This document shows, piece after piece, positions 1 to 12,092 of a stretch of 64,000 bases of DNA; positions within the stretch are counted from its first letter, which is position 1; every line of letters begins with the position of its first letter. Source of the stretch: Alkalispirochaeta sp. (GTDB taxonomy: Bacteria; Spirochaetota; Spirochaetia; DSM-27196; Alkalispirochaetaceae). Position numbers and translations under genes: made by a program. The stretch spans positions 192,001-256,000 of the forward strand of contig OZ271854.1 in NCBI GenBank assembly GCA_965601925.1, read 5' to 3'. The notes beneath the pieces are model-generated. The model was not told where the DNA came from. It ran no database searches and worked only from the letters and a program-made list of their open reading frames with translations.

Positions 1-1
1 T

Positions 2-799
2 CAATGTCAATGCATCGCACAGGGTATCGACAGTATCGATCTATCGGTGGATCCTCGGTTCATCGAAAAAGCTCTTGCACTTAACGCAACGATCGACAAC
101 CGGAGTACCCACATCGTTACGGGAGGCTTGTTTCCCGGACTGTCCGGGATTCTGGCGTCGGAAGTCAACACGGCGTCGCAACAAGAAGAACCCATTGACG
201 TCGGCCTACTGCAATCCGTGCATGGGACAAACGGCAGAACGGGCGTGGCCGATATGCTTCAGATCTTTGATCAGGACGTGGACTTTGTCACGAAAGAATC
301 CGCGACTCGCTATTCGGGATTCTCACACAAGAACCAGTTTGCACTCCCCAAACCGTTTTTTAACAGAGCACTGAGGCTCACGAATTTTGTCGAGCGGGAT
401 ATTCTCAGGCGCAAAGGCGTCTTGTCAAACTATTGGACCGCCTTCGATAAGGAGAGTTTCAATACGCTCATCAGTTTCCTAAAGAAGATAGGTTTTCTGA
501 AGTTTTTCAAGCACCCAAAACTGAGAAGTGTTTTGGGTACCGTCATTGCGAAGGAGAAGCAATCGACCGAACACATTGCGTTATGTGCTCGGAACGCACG
601 ACACGCGATCCTTCTCACTCTGTCCTCCGATTATGAAGCGACGGGATCCTGCGCCATCGCCTTTTCCAAGCTCCTATTGAGTGGCGGCGTAAGATGCGGA
701 GCCGTGAAGTTTCCCTTTGAGGTGTTCGCGTTAGATGAGATCACACCGAACTTGGACGATGTAATCATAGAGATACAACATCGACCGGCTCATGCCTGA
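2..799 (+). CDS. Saccharopine dehydrogenase-like NAD(P)-dependent oxidoreductase, 5'-truncated by the window edge
   Basis: The frame is open from base 2 (QCQCIAQGIDSIDLSVDP...). GIDSIDLS and TGGLFPGLSGIL resemble the GxxYxD and GxGxxPG segments of saccharopine dehydrogenase-like proteins. GC is visibly lower than in the rest of the window. Confidence 0.55.
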   Translation, partial: QCQCIAQGIDSIDLSVDPRFIEKALALNATIDNRSTHIVTGGLFPGLSGILASEVNTASQQEEPIDVGLLQSVHGTNGRTGVADMLQIFDQDVDFVTKESATRYSGFSHKNQFALPKPFFNRALRLTNFVERDILRRKGVLSNYWTAFDKESFNTLISFLKKIGFLKFFKHPKLRSVLGTVIAKEKQSTEHIALCARNARHAILLTLSSDYEATGSCAIAFSKLLLSGGVRCGAVKFPFEVFALDEITPNLDDVIIEIQHRPAHA

Positions 800-1069
800 G
801 GTCACAACACGATGCGCCGACGGGAGCGGCCGGACCACCGGCACATAAAGACGCCGTAGCACCGAGAACCACAGCGCCGGACCGATACTCGGTTCGTTGC
901 AGGCCCCGTTCAATCACTCTTGGGTAATCGAGAACGTATCGGCATTGGATACTCGCACGATGCCGTCCCGACCGGATATCGTGGGGTGTTCCATTGAGCC
1001 TGCAGAATAGTGTAGCAGAGACGCCGGCACCGAAAAAGCGCAGCGTTTCGCACGATAGTCATAGGACGT

Positions 1070-1747
1070 GTGATCGTAGAGAAACATATCGAGCGCGTAC
1101 TGCGCGACGGAAAAGAGCGCGGGCCACGGGAGCGTATTCTCAGATACGGCGCCCACGTATTGAGCGACCGAGACCTATTGGCGGTCGTGCTCGGGAGCGG
1201 CACGGCCAAGTTCGATGTCTTCAACCTGGCGGATACCGTGTTGCGAGTTTTGGAGCGGAAGAACTACGTCATTGCACCGGGCGCACTGATGAAGATACCC
1301 GGCCTCGGCCCGGCGAAAGCGACAAAACTCGCCGCAGCGATGGAGTTCGGTCGGCGCGTGCTCGTACCTCGCAACTACCGTATCGGTCAGCCGTCGGACG
1401 CCGTACCGCTCCTTCAACACTACGCCGACCGTCCCCAGGAACACTTCATTTCGATCTCGCTCAACGGAGCTCACGAAGTGCTGGCCATCCGGGTCGTCTC
1501 CATCGGCTTGGTGAACAGAACGCTGGTCCATCCGCGGGAGGTCTTTTCGGATCCGATCAAAGACCGCGCTACCGCGATCGTATGCGCTCACAACCACCCC
1601 AGCGGCAACGTTACGCCGAGTCGGGACGATCGGGGGGTGACGAAGTCGCTACGGGAAGCGGGCGACATCCTCGGAGTACGCCTACTCGATCACATCATCT
1701 TTTCGGCTCAGTCGTATTACAGCTTTCTCGACCATGACGAGCTGTGA
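1070..1747 (+). CDS. radC: RadC family (UPF0758) JAB-domain protein
   Basis: PRERILRYG..LSDRDLLAVVLGSG N-terminus, HhH motif GLGPAKA, VHPREVF, HNHPSG and LLDHII JAB motifs. Confidence 0.95.
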   Translation: MIVEKHIERVLRDGKERGPRERILRYGAHVLSDRDLLAVVLGSGTAKFDVFNLADTVLRVLERKNYVIAPGALMKIPGLGPAKATKLAAAMEFGRRVLVPRNYRIGQPSDAVPLLQHYADRPQEHFISISLNGAHEVLAIRVVSIGLVNRTLVHPREVFSDPIKDRATAIVCAHNHPSGNVTPSRDDRGVTKSLREAGDILGVRLLDHIIFSAQSYYSFLDHDEL

Positions 1748-1881
1748 TCGCGTGCCGGAGCTGTAACGAGACCAAAGGCAATCTCATCGCCGCGGCGTCC
1801 GCTCCGGATACCGTACGGATCAAGATCGGGTCGCCGTCCCCGAGAAGACGGACAGTCCTCCGTGCCGACGACGTCGGAGGA

Positions 1882-2226
1882 TCAGTCCCCTTCGGTGATC
1901 AACGGAACCGAGCCGGCGAGATCGCGATCGCCTCGCGTTCCACCCCCGGATTTGATATTGACCCGATATCGGATCGTCGAAGGTGATCGAGGGATTCAAT
2001 CCGTTCGCAACATCGCTATAGTGCCAAATGCCGCTTGGACTGTTCACCAGCAGCACCGTGTCGGCCTCCGTACTCTCCATTTTAATCGTGAGGGACGCGG
2101 TGCGGATCCGGCAGAAATCCCGAATCAAGCCGAATTTCATGGTACGTAGGACCAGCGACGCCGGTCTTGTCCCCATACACCCACGACGATGGAGAGAAAT
2201 AGCGCTCCGGCCAAGAACTGCTTCAC
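1882..2226 (-). pseudogene. Decayed secreted PPC-like (pre-peptidase C-terminal-like) domain protein
   Basis: SD GGAGG then GTG at 2226 gives a signal peptide (MKQFLAGALFLSIVVGVWGQD). Recognisable blocks then lie in different frames: PTYHEIRLDSGFLPDPHRV, LTIKMESTEADTVLLVNSPSGIWHYSD...LNPSITFDDPISGQYQI, and GTRGDRDLAGSVPLITEGD-stop. Confidence 0.65.
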
Positions 2227-2619
2227 GAGAAGCCTCCCATGGTTTGTAGAGTTGATTTACAAAAAATCAGACTATTACCAGCAATAATCTCAATACAGAA
2301 TCCGAAATATGTATGCTGCGCGGTCGCGACGGAGATGGCGCATAGTCGCCGACGGGACGGAAAGTGTGCCGCCCCTTACTCCACGTCGTACCGATATTGA
2401 GACGGTAGCGAAGAATCGCAGTTGAGTCTTTTCATCCTACGCCGTTCTTTTACCATTTCGCGCCGATGTGCGTGCATTGATTTCGGGGCGCGTCTTGGCC
2501 CGGGAAGAATATCGGGTACTCAACGCGCCTCGGCGAGCGGATACTCGGTGAGCACCTCCGGCAACGCGAACATCAGCTTGGCGCATACTCATACAAATCG
2601 AACATTCCGCTAGCAATTC

Positions 2620-2631
2620 TGCAACGTTGCC
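2620..2631. promoter_or_regulatory. Candidate LacI-family operator upstream of the 5'-nucleotidase
   Basis: Palindrome GCAACGTTGC (2621-2630) with a central CG, about 55 bp upstream of the ATG. Confidence 0.4.
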
Positions 2632-2683
2632 ATCGGTACCGTTACGAGACCGAGAACACTGCGATAACGAAAGGAGCGAGAAT

Positions 2684-4684
2684 ATGCGAACGGTACGATA
2701 CGCGCTTATCACGGCCGTAGCATTGGTCGCGTTGGTCGGTTGCCGGACAGCCGCAAGCGCCGATGCCGATGCGCCGATGGTTCTTCAGTTGCTGCATTTT
2801 GCGGACGTCGACGGGAATCAGGACGACGCACTCGATTCGGTTGACGAGTTCTCAGCAATCGTCAACGCCCTGGTGGCGGATCCGACCTACGGACCAAGCA
2901 CTCTCTTGGTGAGCTCCGGCGACAACATCCTCCCCGGGCCCCGCTTCAGCTTGGCGACCGACCCGCTGGTAACCACCGTAACGGGGGGAGACACCCCGGC
3001 ACACTTGGATATCTTTTGGATGAACGAGCTCGGTGTCGCGGCATCCGCATTGGGCAACCATGAACTCGACCAAGGACCCGCTACGCTCGCGGCGGCCCTT
3101 GCCGAGGAGGGAGACTTTTCCGGCTCGCGGTTTCCGTACCTGTCGGCGAATGTCAACTGGGGGCGCTCGTTCGACGTCGGACGCAATGGACGCGACGTCG
3201 GTGACCTTGCGGGTCAGGTAGCCTCATACGCCACAGTGACCGTCGCAGACCAACGCATCGGTCTGGTCGGTGCGGTCACACCGACCCTCGGTGGGATCAC
3301 CAGTGCGGGCGACGTGACGACGACGCCCCGCGGCATCAACTTCACGATCCCGGAGCTTGCGGTCGAGATTCAGCGCGCCGTCGATGCGTTGGTCGACGAT
3401 GGAGTCAACAAGATCATCGTCCTCTCACACATGCAACAGATATCGATCGAGGAGGAGTTGGCCGGTGCGTTGACCGACGTCGACATCATTGTTGCCGGCG
3501 GATCGAACACGCTTTTGGCCGACGACGACGATATGCTCATCGAAGACGACGTCGCCGACGGAGCGTATCCGCTGACCTTCACCAACCCGGACGGTGAACC
3601 GGTGCTGGTGGTAAATGTCTCGGGAGACTACCAATATCTCGGGCGATTGGTGGTGTCGTTCGACGCGGCGGGGACGATCGACGTCGAGGCGCTCAATCCG
3701 GAGCTTAACGGTCCGATCGCCGCGACCGAGGAGAACGCAGCCGCCCTCGGTGGTGCGCCGAATCCGGCGATCGTGGCGAGCCGGGACGCCGTCCAAACGG
3801 CGATTGCCAACACCCTCAGTCGGGTCGTCGGGTACTCAGCGGTAGATATCTACGGCGACCGCGAGACGTCGCGCGTACAGCAGTCGAACGGGGGTGACCT
3901 CACCGCCGACGCGAACCTGTGGTACGCTAACCTGATGGCCGACGATCCGGTCCAGATATCGATCAAGAACGGCGGCGGCATCCGTGCCGACGTAGACGCC
4001 GGGGCGATCACCCTCGGCGACGTCGCGACGATACTCGCCTTCAACAACGGACTCGCTACCGTTTCGGTAACCGCCGAAGAGCTCAAGGGGCTCCTCGAAC
4101 ACGCGATTTCCCGCGCCGAGGCTGAGTTTACACCCGACGGTGCACTCGGCGGCCAGGGCGGAAGCTTTCCGCAGGTGGCCGGAATGTGGGTCGGAATCGA
4201 TGTGAGTCGATCGCCGCGGGTGACGAACGACGCCGGCCAAGTAACCGCAGCGGGACAGCGGATTCGTGAGCTCGCGCTTGTCGATGAGACGGGCGATCGT
4301 ATCGAGACGGTGATCACCGGTGGCGAGATTCAAGGCGACCCGAACCGGACCTTTCGTCTCGTGTCGCTCAACTTCCTGATCAACGGAGGCAGCGGCTGGC
4401 CCTTCCCGAACCTGTCGACGCCTCAACGGCGGAACCTTTACGCCGCCTACAACGGGAGCGACGATAGTACGATCACCTACGAGACGGAGGATTTCTCTCG
4501 GGACCCGGGGAACTTCGAATATAGTCTTCCCGGTCTCGAGCAGGACGCGCTGGCGGAGTACTTCGCGACGTTCCACCCGACCGTTAACAACGGTTTTGAT
4601 GAGCCGGAGCAAGCTCCGGTTCAAGATCGTAGGATACAGTTAATTACTCCGTCGAACCCGTGGGTCGCACCGTCGAACCCTTGA
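2684..4684 (+). CDS. Lipoprotein bifunctional metallophosphatase/5'-nucleotidase
   Basis: SD AAGGAG before ATG 2684; lipobox VALVGC; motifs LLHFAD, SSGDN, GNHELD, LSHM, GGSNT; C-terminal 5'-nucleotidase domain (NGGGIRA, FPQVAG, FLINGG). Confidence 0.9.
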   Translation: MRTVRYALITAVALVALVGCRTAASADADAPMVLQLLHFADVDGNQDDALDSVDEFSAIVNALVADPTYGPSTLLVSSGDNILPGPRFSLATDPLVTTVTGGDTPAHLDIFWMNELGVAASALGNHELDQGPATLAAALAEEGDFSGSRFPYLSANVNWGRSFDVGRNGRDVGDLAGQVASYATVTVADQRIGLVGAVTPTLGGITSAGDVTTTPRGINFTIPELAVEIQRAVDALVDDGVNKIIVLSHMQQISIEEELAGALTDVDIIVAGGSNTLLADDDDMLIEDDVADGAYPLTFTNPDGEPVLVVNVSGDYQYLGRLVVSFDAAGTIDVEALNPELNGPIAATEENAAALGGAPNPAIVASRDAVQTAIANTLSRVVGYSAVDIYGDRETSRVQQSNGGDLTADANLWYANLMADDPVQISIKNGGGIRADVDAGAITLGDVATILAFNNGLATVSVTAEELKGLLEHAISRAEAEFTPDGALGGQGGSFPQVAGMWVGIDVSRSPRVTNDAGQVTAAGQRIRELALVDETGDRIETVITGGEIQGDPNRTFRLVSLNFLINGGSGWPFPNLSTPQRRNLYAAYNGSDDSTITYETEDFSRDPGNFEYSLPGLEQDALAEYFATFHPTVNNGFDEPEQAPVQDRRIQLITPSNPWVAPSNP

Positions 4685-4695
4685 TACCGGACGGG

Positions 4696-4729
4696 AAGCC
4701 CCTGCGACCGGGGGTCGCTGGGGTTTTTC
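4696..4729 (+). terminator. Intrinsic terminator after the 5'-nucleotidase
   Basis: Stem AAGCCCC-T-GCGACC / GGTCGC-T-GGGGTTT followed by a T-run, 11 bp after the stop codon. Confidence 0.7.
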
Positions 4730-4819
4730 TGCGGTCCGACCGCTCCGTGCTCGGCTACTCCGGCATCGCCGGGCGGAACATGGGTGCGCACAGCACCGAT
4801 ACACCCGCGTTGTCGCGCG

Positions 4820-5290
4820 CTACCCGCGCGCAGCGACCGGTCGGGGCGGCAATTGTCTTAGGCTTACCGCGATTCTGTTCCAGGCGTTAATCGCCGATAC
4901 CGCGTACGTCAGATCGACCAACTCCTCATCCGTGACGCGGCTCCGGACTCGTTCATAGAGTTCGTCCGGCACACTGTTGGTCACCAGGTGTGTAAGGGCT
5001 TCACACCACTCTAAAGCCGCCCGTTCTCGCTCGCTAAACAGTGTGGTCATCTCGCGCCACGCCGGCACGAGGTTCAGCTCCGCATCCGTCAATCCGGCCT
5101 TCAGCGCCTGAGAGCGGTGAAGATCGATGCAATACGCGCATCGGTTAATCTGCGACGCTCGAAACTCGACCAGACTCTTGAGACGGGCGTCAAGCTCCGT
5201 CAACTCGGCGTCGGCGGCAAGTCGTAATGGGAGACGCGAGTATCGCGGTGTGACGGCACTACACGAACGCTGCGGGACAGAGCCGTGCAA
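4820..5290 (-). CDS. Carboxymuconolactone decarboxylase/AhpD-like protein
   Basis: LVEFRASQINRCAYCIDLH (CxxC), FSERERAALEW and INAWNRIA motifs. The TTG start and N-terminus are uncertain. Confidence 0.85.
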   Translation of the reverse strand: MHGSVPQRSCSAVTPRYSRLPLRLAADAELTELDARLKSLVEFRASQINRCAYCIDLHRSQALKAGLTDAELNLVPAWREMTTLFSERERAALEWCEALTHLVTNSVPDELYERVRSRVTDEELVDLTYAVSAINAWNRIAVSLRQLPPRPVAARG

Positions 5291-5364
5291 CAGCGTCCTC
5301 GACCACGACGAGTTACGGCCGCATGCCGCGCTCGACGGTTGTCGCGCGGCGTCGGCGACCCGAC

Positions 5365-6450
5365 CTATACTGCGCAGTTGTAGACGCGATACCGCGCACA
5401 GATGCGACCGCCGGAGCCGATCACGTCGCTCCAGGAGGAGGTTGCGGCCGGGGGAAGGCCGGCTATGGTGACTTCTTCCACTTCGAGTTCCGACAACCGC
5501 CGTAGAAGGCCGGCGAGAAGCAATGGCATGTCACCGTTCTCGCCGTCGCCGGGAGGAACGCTCAGTCCGTCTACGACGCGGCGCCCCGTGCGCCTTCGCT
5601 CTCGAAAAAGGTCGATTGCCGTCCGCAGTCCGAGGTATCCGGAAGCGCGGCGGAGCGCCGGCGAGAGGTCGTAGGACGGCACCGCGCATCCCACAAGCCG
5701 ACCGTGCCGATCCCGAAGGAGCGTAACTGCGGCGTGGTCCACCGCCGACAGTCGGAGCCGGACACCGCCGCGCGGGCCGGGATGTGCGCCGTCGAGGAGC
5801 GCGACAACCTCCCTCTCGAGTCGCATCAGATCGCGGTGAGAACGCGGATGCTCGACGCGTATCCGACCGTCCACATCCGCTCCGTGCTCACTCTCGCGCA
5901 TCCAGCCGGAAACATCCAAACTTTCGAGACGAACGGAGACTGAGACGAAATCGTAAAGCGCGGCACATCCGCCGGACTCAAAGCGACTCCGATAGTACGG
6001 CGGGTGGAACGGAGCCGTGCGCTCCTCATACCCCTCGACGAGAAGCCCCGCCCTATTCGTACCGCCGAGGTCGAAGGGTCCGACCAACCGCGTCGCCCCG
6101 TTCTCACGGCACCACGCTCGGGCACGATCGAAGAGCGCCGTCCATACGTCCTCTCGATCGATCGACTCGGGTACGGCGAGCCACGTATCGCTCCCGGCGA
6201 AGGGCTCACGCTCATCCGTCGAATGAACCACGACGAAGCGCGCCAGTACACGGGCGCCCTCGACGATGACGAACGCATCGCTTCGAAAGATGGTACGAGG
6301 TAGATATCTCTTTTGCAGAATCCGCCGCACATCCCGCGCACGCGGCGGCGTCCACGCCGGCGTATCGCGATACAACGCCAGGGGAAAATGAAAAAACGCC
6401 TTGCCGAGGCGACTCGCCGGATCGGTCACCGGGTAGATAGAGAGACTCAT
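5365..6450 (-). CDS. YghO-like tandem GNAT-fold protein
   Basis: FFHFPLALYRDTPAWTPP, LVGPF and GLLVEG...PFHPPYY motifs typical of this family. Start placed at MSLSIY. Confidence 0.65.
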   Translation of the reverse strand: MSLSIYPVTDPASRLGKAFFHFPLALYRDTPAWTPPRARDVRRILQKRYLPRTIFRSDAFVIVEGARVLARFVVVHSTDEREPFAGSDTWLAVPESIDREDVWTALFDRARAWCRENGATRLVGPFDLGGTNRAGLLVEGYEERTAPFHPPYYRSRFESGGCAALYDFVSVSVRLESLDVSGWMRESEHGADVDGRIRVEHPRSHRDLMRLEREVVALLDGAHPGPRGGVRLRLSAVDHAAVTLLRDRHGRLVGCAVPSYDLSPALRRASGYLGLRTAIDLFRERRRTGRRVVDGLSVPPGDGENGDMPLLLAGLLRRLSELEVEEVTIAGLPPAATSSWSDVIGSGGRICARYRVYNCAV

Positions 6451-6541
6451 CCCGCCCACCGTACCGTAGGACCGCTCGCTCCGAGCGGGTGGGCGGGCGC
6501 CGAACGGCATTCGGCGCCGACGGCGAAGTGTCGTACGTGAA

Positions 6542-9154
<2,613 letters not shown>

Positions 9155-9156
9155 AT

Positions 9157-10173
9157 TCAATCTCCCGTATCGGTTCGATCGGCATATAACGATTGTAATA
9201 ACCGGGCGCGGCGTACATCCACAACGCTCCCGTCGTCGTCACACAATACCGCGACTTGACTGTCGTGGCTGACGAACATCAGCTCCGTGACGACATTCAG
9301 CCGAACGCTCTCCATTAGACCCGTTCCGACGGCCAGTCGTAACAGGCTCAACATCTCACTCGTTTCACTCCATGAGAGGCGCCGGGCGTGCAATAATGTA
9401 CCCAGCGCCCGGTACGCCGCTTCCGACAACGCATCACCGTGGCGTCGTACGAGCTCGTCTCGAGCTTCCCGCTCATAATGTACTAACCGCTCACCGTACT
9501 CTGCAAGCACGGCCAGGGTCTCTTCTTCGCGCTCGCCGAACTCCGATCGGCACGATACACGATAGAGGCCGCCGAGGCGTTGCATATGCACGCGCTCGGA
9601 GGTCCCGCCCCGTACCGCCTCGATACCCTCACTTTGCTCCAGAGCCGACATGTGAAGAAGCATGGAGGCGCTGAGTCCGGCGCCGACGCGCCGTATCTCG
9701 GGCGAAAGATAGCCTAGCTGCAGCGATACCGCGTACTCCAAGTTGCTCTCCAAAAAGCCGTCCAACTCATCGCACCGCGCCCTCGCGTCGGCGACACCGG
9801 CTCCACCTCCGTAGGAGACGATGCACAAATGATCCGTGCCGCGCAGCCGCACGAAGAGCCGTCCATCCTCGTGGATGACCGCCGGCCCGCTCGATCCGTT
9901 CCGTCCCAAGTATCCGCGGTATCGATAGCAGTCGAGAAGACGCGGCGAAAGCTGTTCGGGATCGACAAACCGAAAGGGATGCTCCAGGTGGTGAAAGGAT
10001 TCCTCTACACAACGACGGAGCGTGACCTCGTCATCGTCGGTCATGCGATGCGGGAAGGGGATGGTACTGAGGTTACGGGCTAAATCCACCTCGGAGAAGA
10101 CGACGACGTCGTTCTCCGGACCGTCCAAGGGAAACCATATACCCGCACCGGGGGCGATGGAGTGACTCAACAT
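9157..10173 (-). CDS. mcsB: McsB-like ATP:guanido phosphotransferase homolog with degenerate active site
   Basis: LARNL..PFP, DHL, LGYL, GLSASMLLHM and C-terminal McsB-like helices (AYRALGTL, LSLLRL, RARL); lies between mcsA and clpC. Confidence 0.75.
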   Translation of the reverse strand: MLSHSIAPGAGIWFPLDGPENDVVVFSEVDLARNLSTIPFPHRMTDDDEVTLRRCVEESFHHLEHPFRFVDPEQLSPRLLDCYRYRGYLGRNGSSGPAVIHEDGRLFVRLRGTDHLCIVSYGGGAGVADARARCDELDGFLESNLEYAVSLQLGYLSPEIRRVGAGLSASMLLHMSALEQSEGIEAVRGGTSERVHMQRLGGLYRVSCRSEFGEREEETLAVLAEYGERLVHYEREARDELVRRHGDALSEAAYRALGTLLHARRLSWSETSEMLSLLRLAVGTGLMESVRLNVVTELMFVSHDSQVAVLCDDDGSVVDVRRARLLQSLYADRTDTGD

Positions 10174-10176
10174 AGC

Positions 10177-10701
10177 TCAATCGGTGTGGCCGGTGCGCTC
10201 ATCGTCCCGGAGAGCGCCGTTGTCCCACACGTCGGTCTCGGTAATAGTGCGGATGCGATCTCGAATGTGCGCCGCCGTCTCGAAGTCTTCGTTTTCCACC
10301 GCGACGTTAAGGCGATGTAACAGCTCTTCGCGCTCCACGAACAGGCGGCGATAACGAATCAATCGTCGTGGTATGCGCCCCGCATGGGTGGTCTCTTTGC
10401 TCGAGAGCCGTAAAAGACGGCCGATCGACGATGAGAAGGTCTCGAAACACTCGGCGCACCCGACAGTATGACGCAACACCAACTCGCGGTGCGTCGTTCC
10501 GCAGCGAGGGCACGCGTCGGTACTCGCTTGGCCCGCGTCCTGCCATGCGAGGACGCCGTCCATGAGGTAGGCGATGGTTGCCGGCGACGATCCCTCCGTA
10601 CCGATCCCCAACTCCCGGGCGCGCTCCACCGGTATCTCCAGTTCTTGGCGCTTTCCGCCGATCATGCGGACAATTCGAAGTGTATCTACCTTACGTCCCA
10701 T
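10177..10701 (-). CDS. mcsA: McsA-like protein (two CxxC motifs plus UVR domain)
   Basis: CPRCG and GCAEC motifs, HAGRIP, and UVR motif AVENEDFETAAHIRDRI; directly upstream of the mcsB-like gene. Confidence 0.8.
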   Translation of the reverse strand: MGRKVDTLRIVRMIGGKRQELEIPVERARELGIGTEGSSPATIAYLMDGVLAWQDAGQASTDACPRCGTTHRELVLRHTVGCAECFETFSSSIGRLLRLSSKETTHAGRIPRRLIRYRRLFVEREELLHRLNVAVENEDFETAAHIRDRIRTITETDVWDNGALRDDERTGHTD

Positions 10702-10736
10702 CGTTGTTTAGCATAATGTACCACGCGCAGGTTACG

Positions 10737-12092
10737 CTACCAAGCGCTCTGGCGACGAAGGATCCGATCCGGCGGCACCTTCGCGGCGCGGGTCGCCGGT
10801 AGAAGCGCAGCGAAGAGTGAAAGCACGAGAACGAGCAACACCGCTCCGGCGGCCGGCACGAACCGGAGATCCACCGGTATCTGTTGAAGATAGAAGTCGG
10901 GATTGAGTATTTGCACGTTGCGACCGGCGAAGAAGGTGATGGCCGTCTCGACGCCGCGCAGTAGCGCATTGATATTGAGCGCCGCGGCGATGCCCACCGC
11001 CGCACCGATGAGGGCGCCGATAAAACCGATGAGAAGCCCCGCCACGAGAAAAACCGCCGCGATCGTTCGCCTTCCGATGCCGGTGGCGCGGAGAATCGCG
11101 ATATCCTGTTCCTTCTCGATAACCAACAGGACCAATGCCGAGGATATGTTGACCGCCGCGACCACGACGATCATTGCCATGACGAACGTGAGCAGATTGC
11201 GACTCGTCAGGAACGATACATAGCGTCCTTGCTCGGCCGAGTACCAGTCGTACACTCGCCATTCCGCGCGGAGTGCCGAGGCGACTGCGGCGGCGGTTCG
11301 GATCATCTCCACACGCTCCCCTCGCCGCGCGACACCCTGCAATCCGCGACCGAACAGCGGATTCGGAAGCGAATGCGGGTGCTCGACTTTTACGCCGATG
11401 ATATCCTGCGCGCCGTCGCTCGGCACGATCGCGAGACCCCGATCGAGGGGTACGAAAATCCATAGGCGATCGAGATCGCGATAGCCGGTCGAGGCGATCC
11501 CCGTAACGGTGAATCGACTCACACGAGCCTGTACCCTGCCGTCCTCGAAGGATCGCGTGGTCAAGAGTCGCACTTCGTCTCCCACGGTCGCCTCCAGAGT
11601 GTCGGCAACCTCCGAACCCAGGACGATGTGGTGCTCCTCGGACAGCAGAAACTCGCCGGCGCGCAGCTCTACGAGCTCTCGTACTCGCTCGTCGCCGGAC
11701 CACCAGTCGCGAGGGACCGAACGGATCGTGACACCGCTGCGTCCCGACGCGGAGTAGACCAGTCCGAAACCGCGTCGTTCACGAACCGCCTCGACGACGC
11801 CCGGAATCGTCCTAATCTCCTCTAAGACGGCCTCGGACTCCGCGTCGTCAGGCGGGATGCGGGCGATCGCCTCAAGATGGTAGCTCCCCGTCTCGATGAA
11901 GCGATCGGTAATGCCGGCGATCATACCCTCGGCCACCTGCTGGACCACAACCAACGGGATAACGCTGAGGGAGACCCCGACCACCGCTGCAATGAGTCGA
12001 CTCCTACCGCGCCGCGAACGACGGTCTTCGGGGCGTATCGGGGGACCTGCAAGGATGCGCCGCGCGAGAAATACTACACCGGGTTCAGGCAT
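10737..12092 (-). CDS. LolC/LolE-family (FtsX/MacB-type) ABC permease
   Basis: N-terminal TM, large periplasmic domain, EKEQDIAILRATG motif, three C-terminal TMs, FYLQQIP and PATRAAK motifs. Confidence 0.85.
   Translation of the reverse strand: MPEPGVVFLARRILAGPPIRPEDRRSRRGRSRLIAAVVGVSLSVIPLVVVQQVAEGMIAGITDRFIETGSYHLEAIARIPPDDAESEAVLEEIRTIPGVVEAVRERRGFGLVYSASGRSGVTIRSVPRDWWSGDERVRELVELRAGEFLLSEEHHIVLGSEVADTLEATVGDEVRLLTTRSFEDGRVQARVSRFTVTGIASTGYRDLDRLWIFVPLDRGLAIVPSDGAQDIIGVKVEHPHSLPNPLFGRGLQGVARRGERVEMIRTAAAVASALRAEWRVYDWYSAEQGRYVSFLTSRNLLTFVMAMIVVVAAVNISSALVLLVIEKEQDIAILRATGIGRRTIAAVFLVAGLLIGFIGALIGAAVGIAAALNINALLRGVETAITFFAGRNVQILNPDFYLQQIPVDLRFVPAAGAVLLVLVLSLFAALLPATRAAKVPPDRILRRQSAW

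Noticed and set aside
1070..1747. radC as a marker of a mobile or anti-defence element
   Set aside because: It is the full-length chromosomal form with N-terminal and HhH regions, uninterrupted, and with no mobility genes nearby.
2250..2683. Possible purine or other riboswitch upstream of the 5'-nucleotidase
   Set aside because: No recognisable aptamer consensus or terminator/anti-terminator. An Rfam scan would be decisive.
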